A program made the position numbers and the translations under genes. A stretch of DNA of 63,488 nt, the filler included, from Octopus bimaculoides (Eukaryota): NCBI RefSeq assembly GCF_001194135.2. It is 4 parts of 3 records of this genome, joined end to end, with 100 filler letters (N's around TTAATTAATTAA, not from the genome) between each part and the next. Parts side by side here need not be neighbours in the genome. Positions count along the whole stretch, not along the records: positions 13,389 to 25,436 come from NC_068984.1; 3 more parts are not named here. One strand, given 5' to 3'. The first letter of the stretch is position 1; each line of letters begins with the position of its first letter. Under the pieces are notes generated by a model. That model searched no databases. It worked only from the letters and a program-made list of their open reading frames with translations, and had not been told where the DNA came from. This document shows, piece by piece, positions 13,388-25,536 of the stretch.

Positions 13388-13709
13388 NGTATCTGTCATT
13401 ACAGTATCGAAATGTGATTGTTTCAGTTATTGGAATAGTTTCATTTTTAAAGTGAAAGTATTTGACATGAGTGTTTTTGTTTCACTTTTAACACGTAATA
13501 CTTAAATAGTGGAGCAGATATGATGTTGCTGTGGGCTCGAACTATGCAAGAAGTTAAAATTTTTGACTAAAACGCAACTGGAACCCTAAGTAAGACATGT
13601 GTAAAATTTGAATGAAATTGGTTGTGTAGTTCTCGAGTTTTAGGGAAACACACAGACAGACAGACAGACAGACAGACACACACACATTCTCATTTTTATA
13701 TATATAGAT
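13388..13709 (+). mobile_element. Helitron/Helentron-like non-autonomous element end
   Basis: Ends AAATTTGAATGAAATTGGTTGTGTAGTTCTCGAG...(ACAG)n ACACACATTCTC.TTTTTATATATATAGAT, the layout typical of invertebrate DINE-1/Lep1-like rolling-circle elements. A related end in the opposite orientation lies at 46629-46810. Confidence 0.45.
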
Positions 13710-13749
13710 AACTGAAGCTCACATTCATGTATTTCTTCTGGAACAGCTG

Positions 13750-14900
13750 GGGAAATCACTGACCGCTTGGTAACTATTCTTTAATTAGGTAGAGAAATAT
13801 TTTTGAATTACTGAGTACTTGGTTTCCTCTTCGTATCGGCGAAGTTCGAATTTCTCGATGTATTGTTAAAGGTGGCTTAATCGGACGAAAATCCAATTAT
13901 CCTTTTGTCAATGCTTATGAGTACATATTTGATGATATTTGTCGGATGGTCAGTTTGCGTAAGGATATGCAATTAGGCTTCTATTAGCTTTCTTAATGCT
14001 ATTAGGTTTCTTAAAGAGCACGGATGATTTGAAGCTTAGTTTAAAGGTTGATGTCTATGACCGTTATGTTATCCATGGCTATTAAACTCAGTCCAAATTT
14101 GTTGGTTGTCGTAAATTATTTCAGTTGTACACACACTTGCACTCTACGAAACAATAAGCTTTCATTAATGCTATTAAGAGATATTTCTCCTTTCTCGCAA
14201 CTGGAACAAACCAACTTCATACAATCCAAATTTATTAAGTTGCCATAATAACATCGAAATTGATCATCCCTTTTTAAACAAGAACGGTATCTTGGTTTGT
14301 ACAATGTCTGATATTTGTGTATCCTCTGACGAGCTGAATAGATATGATGAAAGAAAATTTATAGTAAATGACTTGAATTGTGTAAACCCATTTTTGTTTC
14401 CATTCTCAACGTGATAAATGATAAGCTGTTATTTCACTTATTCAAAATCTTATTTTTATCTTAGAGTTTACTGTACAATCATTTTACTAACTATACTAAA
14501 TTTACTTTTGAGAAGATTAATAAGTTTACATTGTGTAAGTTAGCAACAAGTTTTGCGTGGTTTTTCAGAAGAACGGAAGTTGTGTTTTAGCAGAGTTATT
14601 TCGGTTTATCACGAGAGTTATGTCATTTGCTTCTACATTCAATTTTAAGTAAAGCCATTTTGCTGCCGTTTTGTTTTTGTAAGACTTTGTAAATGCTTTT
14701 ATGTGAGAGATTGTCGAGTCTTTGCTTACTGCATATCAGTTCCTATCGGGATTCGAATATAGAAACATTGTGTGGTGTGTGGTTTTGTTGTCTACATTCT
14801 CGTAGAAGTAAGCTTCCGATTGCATTGTTCTATCACACTTTCTGCCTTGTTCTGTATTGAATTAGAATGAGAAGGCATTTTATCGAGTCATTCATATACA
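13750..14900 (-). mobile_element. Penelope-like element RT remnant (heavily decayed)
   Basis: Minus-strand pieces in the expected order: LKNHAKLVAN (cf. LKDHK.NF.N), FKSFTINF (cf. F..FDI..FYPS), NKFGLSLIAMDNITVIDINL (cf. F...GL.ITIE.N...V.FLDVTL), LHILTQTDHPTNIIK...IDKRIIGFSSD*ATFN (cf. LYIN..SNHPP.IIK...I.KR.S..SS.E..FN). Many stops and frameshifts. Confidence 0.65.
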
Positions 14901-15897
14901 TTATCTTTATTTCTTGCATTCCTGTCTATGTATAATATATATGTATTCTTAGGAATAGATCGAGGAAATGTGACCTCTGTCTTCCATACACTATTCTATA
15001 CATAACAAAGCTCACCAAAAATTGATCTGATGGTCATTATATATATATATATATAAATATGGATGTATACTGACAAATATATCATAATAGTTGGTACAGA
15101 AATACCAATGATAATAAGTAGAAGCTAACTTCTGTGATTATTGATGGAACTATAATTTCTGTTTCTCAGGGGCAAAAGAATAATTGAAACTATAATATAC
15201 ATACATCAATTTTAAAGATTATACTAATCATATTTATCAATCACTGCTTACTCTAGCCTCCAAAAATATTGGAAAACGCATGAAATTTTTTTTAGTCTGT
15301 ATCGGTGTCAACGGAAAATAATTGCTATTTCCACGATATAAAGTACATATATACATACTTATATGCATAGATGCACACAAACGTATTCCTGTATCTATAC
15401 AACCATATTTTTATGTATCTCATTATGTTAAATCTATTTCATATACCAATTGAAGGCAGTGGAAAGAGATGCGTCAGAGATAGTAGCGCCCTGTTTGTAA
15501 GGTTTGTTTTTTTCTGAGTGCTCATTCCACTTAAGTAGAACAATATACTTACAATGATACTCTGTAGTAGAGAACATCAACCTGATTCATACACACACAT
15601 TCTTCCACACCCCACACAGTTACACGCGCATAAATCGGATCAATGAATTACCCTTGCGTGTGGTTATTTACATATTGCTAATATACGAATATTGTACGCT
15701 ATATTGTGTCTTCTATACATCTGATATTATGTGAACAAATGACTGTCCTCATTTACATATGACTAACATTGCAAAAAGGAAAAAAGAAACCGAAAGTAAA
15801 TTCCAAATGATCTGTGGCTGGATATATTTTTTAACCTCCGAAAACTACAAACATAAAACAAAGTTATCAAACGCTTCCAACTCGATGAACATGCATG

Positions 15898-15928
<31 letters not shown>

Positions 15929-15947
15929 CCAACCACACACGCACACA

Positions 15948-15982
<35 letters not shown>

Positions 15983-17093
15983 TCATCCACGTACGCGCGC
16001 ACACTCACACACCAGTAGACATTCATACACACATGTATTGATTATGCACATCAAGCTTTTTGTAAATAAGCATTTTTAGAGGTTTCTCAAAGACGGGGAT
16101 TCGTATGCAACAATTCTGTTGATCAGAACTTAACAGTTGAGAACAAGTATTGGTAAATAATAGATAGATCATTATTTAGTCAGAATAATACAAATCACAA
16201 ATCACATAATCATCATGAGCATTGAATAACTGCTTGCGGTGCTGAAACAGCGAACAGATGGATGCAGAAATCATAATACCTAACGGAAAATTAAAATCTG
16301 TTTACATTAGTTACAAGCCCAGTGTTAGCAAATTGGAACTTTTAATGAAATTATTCACTGGCTGCCTAGATACTAGCTGCTATTTTCACACACTCTCTCT
16401 CTCACTCTTCCTCTCCACATTTTCTTTATTATCTGGCCTCAGGTTACACAGTATGTTTCTTCCTATTATTATTTATTTCATTACTCTTGCTATGCTAATG
16501 CTTCAATTAATGTACTATAAAAGTTTAAAAAGAGAGAGAGAATGTGAAAGATAGAGAGATGAGGGAGAAAAGTGGGGTGAATTAAGAGGTGGAAAGAGGA
16601 AGAGAGAATAGAGAGTATAACAGAACACGAAGATCATATACAGCTTCCATAGCTGTTAGAATAACGTAATGTTAGTTAGTGACCAATTTCTAAGCAAATC
16701 TTTTGATACTCACTGTATTAAATATGTTAACCCGAGATTTTCTCTAGCTTTTTATGTGGACTGCATATACGAGTAATTTGTTTCAATTAGTTATTCTTTA
16801 AAACATAATTTCAACGCCAACAAATTTACAGCACTGTATATATACTAAGTAACTCTTTCATCATAACTGCGCCATGTATCATGAAATATATGCTTTTATT
16901 AGAGTGACAGAAAGCAAAAATATGTCTCGAGTTGTCTCCTGTACATCTCAAACTGACATAAACAATATTTGCTGTCTGTTATTATCACTCTTTAAACTTT
17001 TCTGCAATTTTAAATTTCACAGGAATTTTGAACGAAAGCACGACAACAGAGGAGACGAATCCAAGCGACCGTACTAGATTTGCTTTCCGTCTA

Positions 17094-17450
<357 letters not shown>

Positions 17451-17899
17451 TTAAAAGTATCTGCTGGTGTAAGAGAAGATTAACAGTGGATTTTTGTACG
17501 AATAATTCAATTGAATATCTTGTAGAAGAATACATAAGCACATAAATAAGCACACACACACTTACACATACACACATACACACACAAGGTCTAAAACTAA
17601 TGCTCTCTTCCAGGATGCCCAAGCCAGCACGGGAGAGTAAGGCTGATGAAACTAATATGAGCTATGTCCGATATCGTCGATTCATACTATGGAGGCACCT
17701 ATCTTATGCCAGTGCGCACTGAGCCGCAGCCAGAAATAACGGGACATGATGATGAGAAGTGTTTAAAGTCTCTAGGATGTGGAGAACAACTAAGGAAATG
17801 TAACCTTTCAGAGAGGTAGCTGAAATAAATGAAACTTCAAGGAAAAAGGATTTCTTATTTCCAACTTATCTAATCAATTAACTAATTTCAATAAATATA

Positions 17900-18780
17900 G
17901 ATTGGAGTACAGAAATATATACATTTAAGTCATAATTATTGTTTTAGGAGACTGTGTAGTAGATACAAGGTTATGTTAGTTGCAACTAGATTTGTCAGAA
18001 TAGTTACAAGTGAGAAATACACTATTATTAGTTATAGTATTACTTATAAGTAAAAGTCTTATAATATTTGAAAGTTTTCAGTGTTATACATTTACAATTC
18101 CAAATCATCAAGAGAAAAAAATTAAGCTTTCTGCAGTACAGCAAGTGAGACAAGTTCGCTTTATATAAAAGGTTGCATTGATGGTTTTAAATAGTTTTAA
18201 TTTTCAAATTCCAAATGTAACTAGACAACACAGCATCATTTCTTCCAAAGATATTTCGAAGTATGAACAAAAAAATTAATAGCGTTTCTGTCGAAACTTT
18301 GGTAAAATTTATTGTGATGTGAAAACTTTCCTCAGTAACTTAACAAACCCAACATGGATTAAATGCCTTACTGAATTAGCAGTTGATTACTAACCGTATA
18401 TAAACTTATTTTTAAACACATTTAAGAAATAATGTATGGTTAAGAAACAGAGCATGGTTACAGTAACTAGATAATTATGGGAAATTTAAATAGTAGGAGG
18501 GAGATTGTAAATTTTGGACAAAATGGCATTTATGGCATTTATAATATGGATTTTATGTTATCGCATTTATGATCGGGATAATAATAGGAATTGGAGTTGG
18601 TAAAGCTCAGAGAGTAACATCTAATAAGCTAACAGTACAAAGATTAGTCCTCACGGTGACAGAAAGCCCATAACTTTTAGAGAAGGTATCTAATATCGGC
18701 CAATATAATATTGCTTGGAGATATTGAGTGATACGGTTCTTTTGTAGATAATCAAATACACATATATATGTAATGCATTA
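17900..18780 (-). mobile_element. Penelope-like element RT/GIY-YIG remnant
   Basis: Minus strand gives FSKSYGLSVTVRTNLCTVSLLDVTL* (RT), NLPPTI (thumb NHPP) and NDAVLSSYIWNLKIK (cf. the T.LSKYIW.LK motif of the PLE GIY-YIG region). Confidence 0.6.
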
Positions 18781-18839
18781 AAAGTCATAATGTATATTTG
18801 TGTTTATATGTCGATATAATATATTTGCGTGTGTATGTA

Positions 18840-18893
<54 letters not shown>

Positions 18894-19389
18894 NNNNNNN
18901 NNNACACACACACACATATATATATATATATTATATATAAATATATATATAATGGAGAAATTATACAAAATATATAAGTGGATGATGAGTAAAGCACCAG
19001 CACAGTTTCGATAACTTGTTGTTATCCATAGAATGCAGGAACTGTACAGTGGCGGTAGAGGTAACAGTATTAATAAAATAGATGGGGGAAAAAAAGATCT
19101 TCTTTTGTGCGACACATATTTCCACCCTTTCTGGGTCTGTTCGGGTACATAAGTATATAAAAAAATAATTAAAAGTCTCACTAGAGATTCGGTTTTATAT
19201 ATCGCTAAATGTCCCAATCTCAAGAGAAAAAATAAGCTAGTGAGACTTATATTTTTATTTATCTATTAATTTATGTATTGCAAGAGACCCAGAACGGGTC
19301 GAAACATGTGCCGTACTAAATAAAATCATTTTTTTTCTTTTTCCATCTATTTTATAATGCTGTTATATATATATATATATAATATATAT

Positions 19390-19600
19390 GATTGACCGTT
19401 GACTGAACACTATTCAATTTTTTTTCTCCGTGTTTTTCTCCTTGTCTCCGTATTCTTTCTGTTGAAGAGCGTAGCTCGAAACGTCAAAGACTTTCCGTTA
19501 TCCCGAGCGTCATACTAATATATACTTTTGTTATTTACACCACCTGTCCTCGTCTGTTGTTATTTTTTGTATATTCTCCCATATATATACACATATATAG
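19390..19600 (+). mobile_element. PLE-type terminal-repeat (pLTR-like) element with hammerhead-like fold; copies at 19788-19985, 32013-32210, 34240-34410
   Basis: About 200-bp repeat GATTGACCGTTGACTGAACAC...TTGAAGAGCGTAGCTCGAAACGTCAAAGAC...TTCTCCCATATATA, near-identical in three copies, abutting (TA)n runs. Confidence 0.7.
19454..19490 (+). ncRNA. minimal type I hammerhead-ribozyme-like motif (A6U variant); identical at 19852-19888 and 32077-32113, decayed at 34291-34325
   Basis: TCTTT-CTGTTGA-A-GAGC-GTA-GCTC-GAAA-CG-TC-AAAGA: 5-bp stem I, 4-bp stem II, GAAA, palindromic ACGT stem III, GUC triplet. Confidence 0.55.
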
Positions 19601-21367
19601 NNNNNNNNNNNNNNNNNNNNNNNNNNNNNNNNNNNNNNNNNNNNNNNNNNNNNNNNNNNNNNNNNNNNNNNNNNNNNNNNNNNNNNNNNNNNNNNNNNNN
19701 NNNNNNNNNNNNNNNNNNNNNNNNNNNNNNNNNNNNNNNNNNNNNNNNNNNNNNNNNNNNNNNNNNNNNNNNNNNNNTAATATATATGATTGACCGTTGA
19801 CTGAACACTATTCAATTTTTTTTCTCCGTGTTTTTCTCCTTGTCTCCGTATTCTTTCTGTTGAAGAGCGTAGCTCGAAACGTCAAAGACTTTCCGTATTC
19901 CCGAGCGTCATACTAATATATACTTTTGTTATTTACACCACCTGTCCTCGTCTGTTGTTATTTTTTGTATATTCTCCCATATATATACACATATATAGGT
20001 ATTGATCATAAAAATGTGCATCGATGGATCAACTAACATTCACACATGCAAATCGAAGATGTTTTTATAGTATTATACGAGTAGTCTTGAGTATGCCGGA
20101 AGCAAAAGAAAGCGAAACATTTGAATTTATGTAAAACCCGATTTCTTCTTCGTTACAAAATACGCACACATACACACATGCATACATACAGACATATTTT
20201 ACATACATACATACATACATATATACATATATATTTGTGTATATAGATTAAAATATGTCTACATGTATACACATATATATGCATAAAACATGCACACTCA
20301 TATATACACACATATTCAGATACAGCTATGTTGATTAGAAACAAGGTCAAGTGTAGACCAATGAATTCCTATAGTCTTATGACCTTTATCCGATTTTACC
20401 TCATTGTCTTTATTTGATGAAGTCTTTTCACAATTAATACCAAAAGCAAAAAACGAAAACAGGAACAGCAGAGGTAACATCACTACTAACAACAATGCTA
20501 GCATCCCCAGCAGATGTACCAGAAGTAAGTGCAGCACTTAAACGTATCGTCCACTTAAATTTAATATTGCTTCATTTGACCTTTCTAGCGAATTAGTCTA
20601 TATATTCTACTTGTTCTCATATCTACCAGAAAGATAATTATGTGTGTGTGTATGGAGGTACTTTTTAAGTAATGTGTATATATATATNNNNNNNNNNNNN
20701 NNNNNNNNNNNNNNNNNNNNNNNNNNNNNNNNNNNNNNNNNNNNNNNNNNNNNNNNNNNNNNNNNNNNNNNNNNNNNNNNNNNNNNNNNNNNNNNNNNNN
20801 NNNNNNNNNNNNNNNNNNNNNNNNNNNNNNNNNNNNNNNNNNNNNNNNNNNNNNNNNNNNNNNNNNNNNNNNNNNNNNNNNNNNNNNNNNNNNNNNNNNN
20901 NNNNNNNNNNNNNNNNNNNNNNNNNNNNNNNNNNNNNNNNNNNNNNNNNNNNNNNNNNNNNNNNNNNNNNNNNNNNNNNNNNNNNNNNNNNNNNNNNNNN
21001 NNNNNNNNNNNNNNNNNNNNNNNNNNNNNNNNNNNNNNNNNNNNNNNNNNNNNNNNNNNNNNNNNNNNNNNNNNNNNNNNNNNNNNNNNNNNNNNNNNNN
21101 NNNNNNNNNNNNNNNNNNNNNNNNNNNNNNNNNNNNNNNNNNNNNNNNNNNNNNNNNNNNNNNNNNNNNNNNNNNNNNNNNNNNNNNNNNNNNNNNNNNN
21201 NNNNNNNNNNNNNNNNNNNNNNNNNNNNNNNNNNNNNNNNNNNNNNNNNNNNNNNNNNNNNNNNNNNNNNNNNNNNNNNNNNNNNNNNNNNNNNNNNNNN
21301 NNNNNNNNNNNNNNNNNNNNNNNNNNNNNNNNNNNNNNNNNNNNNNNNNNNNNNNNNNNNNNNNNNN

Positions 21368-21427
<60 letters not shown>

Positions 21428-22598
21428 TGAGATTCGGAAGCTTAGGACTCAATTCGTGGTTGTAGTATATTAGTGAGTATAGATTTGCCAGCCAAACAAA
21501 TGGCCATCGTTTGACAATTATAGGAGCAGCATTCTAAACTATGTCTCACTTGAGCTGAGTAGCCCTGATAGTCGTTGAAGTACTTTATGGCACTTAATAG
21601 AAGTCAAGGTAAGAAATGATAAACGCATGCATGCACATGCACACATATACATACACACACATATACACACATACACACATACATGCACTACATACATATT
21701 TTACATAAGTGAAGTTGTCATGAGATGCTAGAGAATGTTGTGTACGTTTTACATTATTCATGCGCAGTAACTGTTATTGATACCAATACAATAAGAACAG
21801 ATACACGCACACACTCACACACTCACACTCACACACACACACATACACATACACAAACATGTTTTGAATCTTTATAGTAACGTTCACATAATTATGAAAT
21901 GCAAGGTAGAAAACACTGGCTAAGTACCAGAACGTATAGATACAGAATTTATTGTAGATAGTCTCCTGTTCATTTTAGAAAGTAACATATTTTATGTTCG
22001 GTAACACGACCTACCGACAAAAGTCAAGACCATCCATGACGCCGAAAATTACTCTAACATTTGCCGTCATAGTTATAAGATCCGATGAACTGAAAATTTA
22101 TGAATAATACTTACAAGAATTTGGGAAATAATTTCAGTTGTCATTTAACAGAACACTGAAGATGATTGTTACATTTTATGAAAGGAAAGACATGCCATCA
22201 TTGAGTCAATTTCAAAATCTCATCCACGAAATATGCCCTTACATTCTGTTTACAATGAAATTCAGTAACGATATACTAAAAAAAAGAACAACACTAGAAA
22301 GTAACATATGTTTAAATCTCATCAACCCACCGCCATATCTCTTTTTATTCTATTTCATCTAAAACACACGCGACGTAACATTCCATTAAAATAATGAAGA
22401 CGGTTCAGAATAATTGTCACAACTCTTAAAACTAGAAATCAAAAACAAGTTGAAATAAAAGAAATCCTTGTAAAAAGAAAAAAACCCTATTAAGCTGATA
22501 AACTTTGGAATTCAGAAATTAAAGATAACACCCAAGAGCTTTGAATAAAGGAAGAAAAAAAAAACTTAATTCTTGATTTCTTCTGTTTCAACATTCAG

Positions 22599-22747
22599 CC
22601 GAAATTGGCACCGACATCTATATAAAACTATCAACTACATGGCCCGAAATTGATAAACATCCTGTCAAAGCAGTATATAATAAAATGCATGAGACAAGTG
22701 AAATCACTGGAAAAGATATTGACCGTTGGAAAAACTACATACACTAA
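22599..22747 (+). CDS. candidate terminal coding exon, product unknown
   Basis: Pyrimidine-rich acceptor TTCTTCTGTTTCAACATTCAG|, then 48 open codons (EIGTDIYIKLSTTWPEIDKHPVKAVYNKMHETSEITGKDIDRWKNYIH*). No homology recognised. Confidence 0.3.
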
Positions 22748-22984
22748 CTACGGACTATAAAGTTGGTTAACGCCAGTAACCAAACTATAGGATATGCAGC
22801 TACTTATTAGAAGGCTCCGAATTCCACTTGAAATAGGGGCTTACCTTTAGAATTCAAAGGAGCTTTACGTGTAATTCAGACAAGTTAATACATAGACTTG
22901 TAAAGTAACCAAGATCATTGTATTATAGAAAGAAGAATGACATTCAGGTGGAGAATGGCGATACATCACCATCAGATAAGAGAA

Positions 22985-23267
22985 ACACTATTCACTCGAT
23001 CTCGCTCTATGCAACTTGTTTTGTCCCCCCCCCCCAAATGAAAAACCTCCTTAAAGGAATACATTTTGCAGATGTGGAAGAGACGAAGAAAAAACGACGG
23101 AGGCATTAAAAGGCATCACTTTGCAAGAGTCTTACGACTGCTTTGAGCAATGGTAAACGCGTCTGGACCGATATATTGCTTCAAATGGAGAATACTTTGA
23201 AGGCGATAAAAGTGTAAAGATGAAAACTAAATGAATAGAATAATACTGCAAAATTTCGGTCTCTTTT
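22985..23267 (+). mobile_element. mariner (DD34D-type) transposase C-terminal fragment
   Basis: With frameshifts: HYSLDLALCNLFCP (cf. YSPDLAPCDFFLFP)..QMKNLLKGIHFADVEETKK-TTEALKGITLQESYDCFEQW*TRLDRYIASNGEYFEGDK; runs into a gap near the 3' TIR. Confidence 0.85.
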
Positions 23268-24939
23268 NNNNNNNNNNNNNNNNNNNNNNNNNNNNNNNNN
23301 NNNNNNNNNNNNNNNNNNNNNNNNNNNNNNNNNNNNNNNNNNNNNNNNNNNNNNNNNNNNNNNNNNNNNNNNNNNNNNNNNNNNNNNNNNNNNNNNNNNN
23401 NNNNNNNNNNNNNNNNNNNNNNNNNNNNNNNNNNNNNNNNNNNNNNNNNNNNNNNNNNNNNNNNNNNNNNNNNNNNNNNNNNNNNNNNNNNNNNNNNNNN
23501 NNNNNNNNNNNNNNNNNNNNNNNNNNNNNNNNNNNNNNNNNNNNNNNNNNNNNNNNNNNNNNNNNNNNNNNNNNNNNNNNNNNNNNNNNNNNNNNNNNNN
23601 NNNNNNNNNNNNNNNNNNNNNNNNNNNNNNNNNNNNNNNNNNNNNNNNNNNNNNNNNNNNNNNNNNNNNNNNNNNNNNNNNNNNNNNNNNNNNNNNNNNN
23701 NNNNNNNNNNNNNNNNNNNNNNNNNNNNNNNNNNNNNNNNNNNNNNNNNNNNNNNNNNNNNNNNNNNNNNNNNNNNNNNNNNNNNNNNNNNNNNNNNNNN
23801 NNNNNNNNNNNNNNNNNNNNNNNNNNNNNNNNNNNNNNNNNNNNNNNNNNNNNNNNNNNNNNNNNNNNNNNNNNNNNNNNNNNNNNNNNNNNNNNNNNNN
23901 NNNNNNNNNNNNNNNNNNNNNNNNNNNNNNNNNNNNNNNNNNNNNNNNNNNNNNNNNNNNNNNNNNNNNNNNNNNNNNNNNNNNNNNNNNNNNNNNNNNN
24001 NNNNNNNNNNNNNNNNNNNNNNNNNNNNNNNNNNNNNNNNNNNNNNNNNNNNNNNNNNNNNNNNNNNNNNNTATATATATATATATATATATATATGATT
24101 GTATGTGTGTGTGTGTGTGTGTGTTTTCCTGGTGTTTACTATGCTAAACGGCAGTACTGATTCTCAGGCACTCTTATGCACACCCACATACACTTAGTCA
24201 TTTGGAAGACATGTTTTTGAATGCAGACATATATTCAGTGACAAAATTTGAACTTCTGATTGCCAATATGCAGTTCGGTTTGGCCAGCGAAACAGATGAT
24301 AGGAGAGACGCTAAGAAGTGTATGTGCCGACGTGGCCGAACTTCAACTACTTTCTTTTTTCTCTCTTTTTCCGCCTGCTTTTCCTCTTTATTTCTTTTCA
24401 CACCGATAAGTGAGAGCAAGTTTCTCATTATGAATTTAAACAGTAACTTCTGTTTTGTTTTAGACGCCACATCGTGTCTGGCACTGTTAAATTCTTTAAT
24501 TAGCAATTCCCTTGTTTCTGGAGAAGGTGCCAAACCCATTCTTTCAGTTTTTATTGCAACCATCATTGGGCATCGGATTCATGAATAATTTAAGTACGAG
24601 CTATAATTTGCTATATTTTACTTTTTGAAAATAATATCTGTCATTTCAGTGATGCTTGTAGCAAGAAGTGTTTTACCCCCACCTCTCTCTACTGAGGGTT
24701 CCTCTTTCTTTCATTTCTTATTAAAGATTCAGTTTATTTTTAAAAAAACATTCTTTATTATTATTTTTATTGAGTATATGTTTATTTTCAGCTGTCATTC
24801 TTAGTCTTCGAAATTACACAGACCATATATATGTATTTCCATCTCTTTGAAATCTAATATAGAAAACAATGTAATTAATAATGTTAACAAAAATAACAAA
24901 GCTGATATCATTATCATCATCATCATCATTCGACGACGA

Positions 24940-25115
24940 GCCGGCAGCAGGCCGGGCAAAATGCTAAGCGGTATTTTGTCTGTCCTGCTTTACGTTTTGA
25001 GTTCAAATTCTGCCGAGGTCGACTTTACTTTTCATTATTTCGGGGACAATAAGTTAAGGACTAGTGAAACACGGGTCGATATAATCGATTAGCCCATTCC
25101 CCCCGAATTTCAGGA
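24940..25115 (+). mobile_element. tRNA-derived SINE (Meta/MESC-core-like)
   Basis: CCGGGCAAAATGCTAAGCGGTATT...GAGTTCAAATTCTGCCGAGGTCGACTTT; B-box GAGTTCAAATTC. Confidence 0.75.
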
Positions 25116-25436
25116 TTATTATTATTATTGTTCAGTAGTTTTATTTTTACAACGTGCTTTCACTTCACTACCGAGCGCAGCTCTGTGCGCCTTGGGTATG
25201 TGCTGTGGTTTGCTGTGGTGCTCTTATGTTTACTGTATTGAAAGTGTTTTGCGTAGAATGTGTGCAGTACCCAGTAGTGCAATTTTCTGTATGTTATATA
25301 TATTTGTAAGTCCTGGTGTTTTTGTTATGTATTTGTCTGGATATTTTTTTATTATACCTAAGGCGCCTACTATGATAGGAATTGTTTCTGTTTTTAGATT
25401 TCACATTCGAGTTACCTCTATTTCCAGGTCTTTGTA
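25115..25436 (-). mobile_element. R4/Dong-clade LINE 3' end, left arm of inverted pair
   Basis: Minus strand: YKDLEIEVTRMWNLKTETIPIIVGALGIIKKYPDKYITKTPGLTNIYNIQKIALLGTAHILRKTLSIQ*, then 3' UTR and (AAT)n tail. Confidence 0.85.
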
Positions 25437-25536
25437 NNNNNNNNNNNNNNNNNNNNNNNNNNNNNNNNNNNNNNNNNNNNTTAATTAATTAANNNNNNNN
25501 NNNNNNNNNNNNNNNNNNNNNNNNNNNNNNNNNNNN

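Noticed and set aside
21524-21608. AG...AAG|GTAAGA exon-like 85-mer
   Set aside because: Stops in all three frames and a weak acceptor; nothing else supports it.
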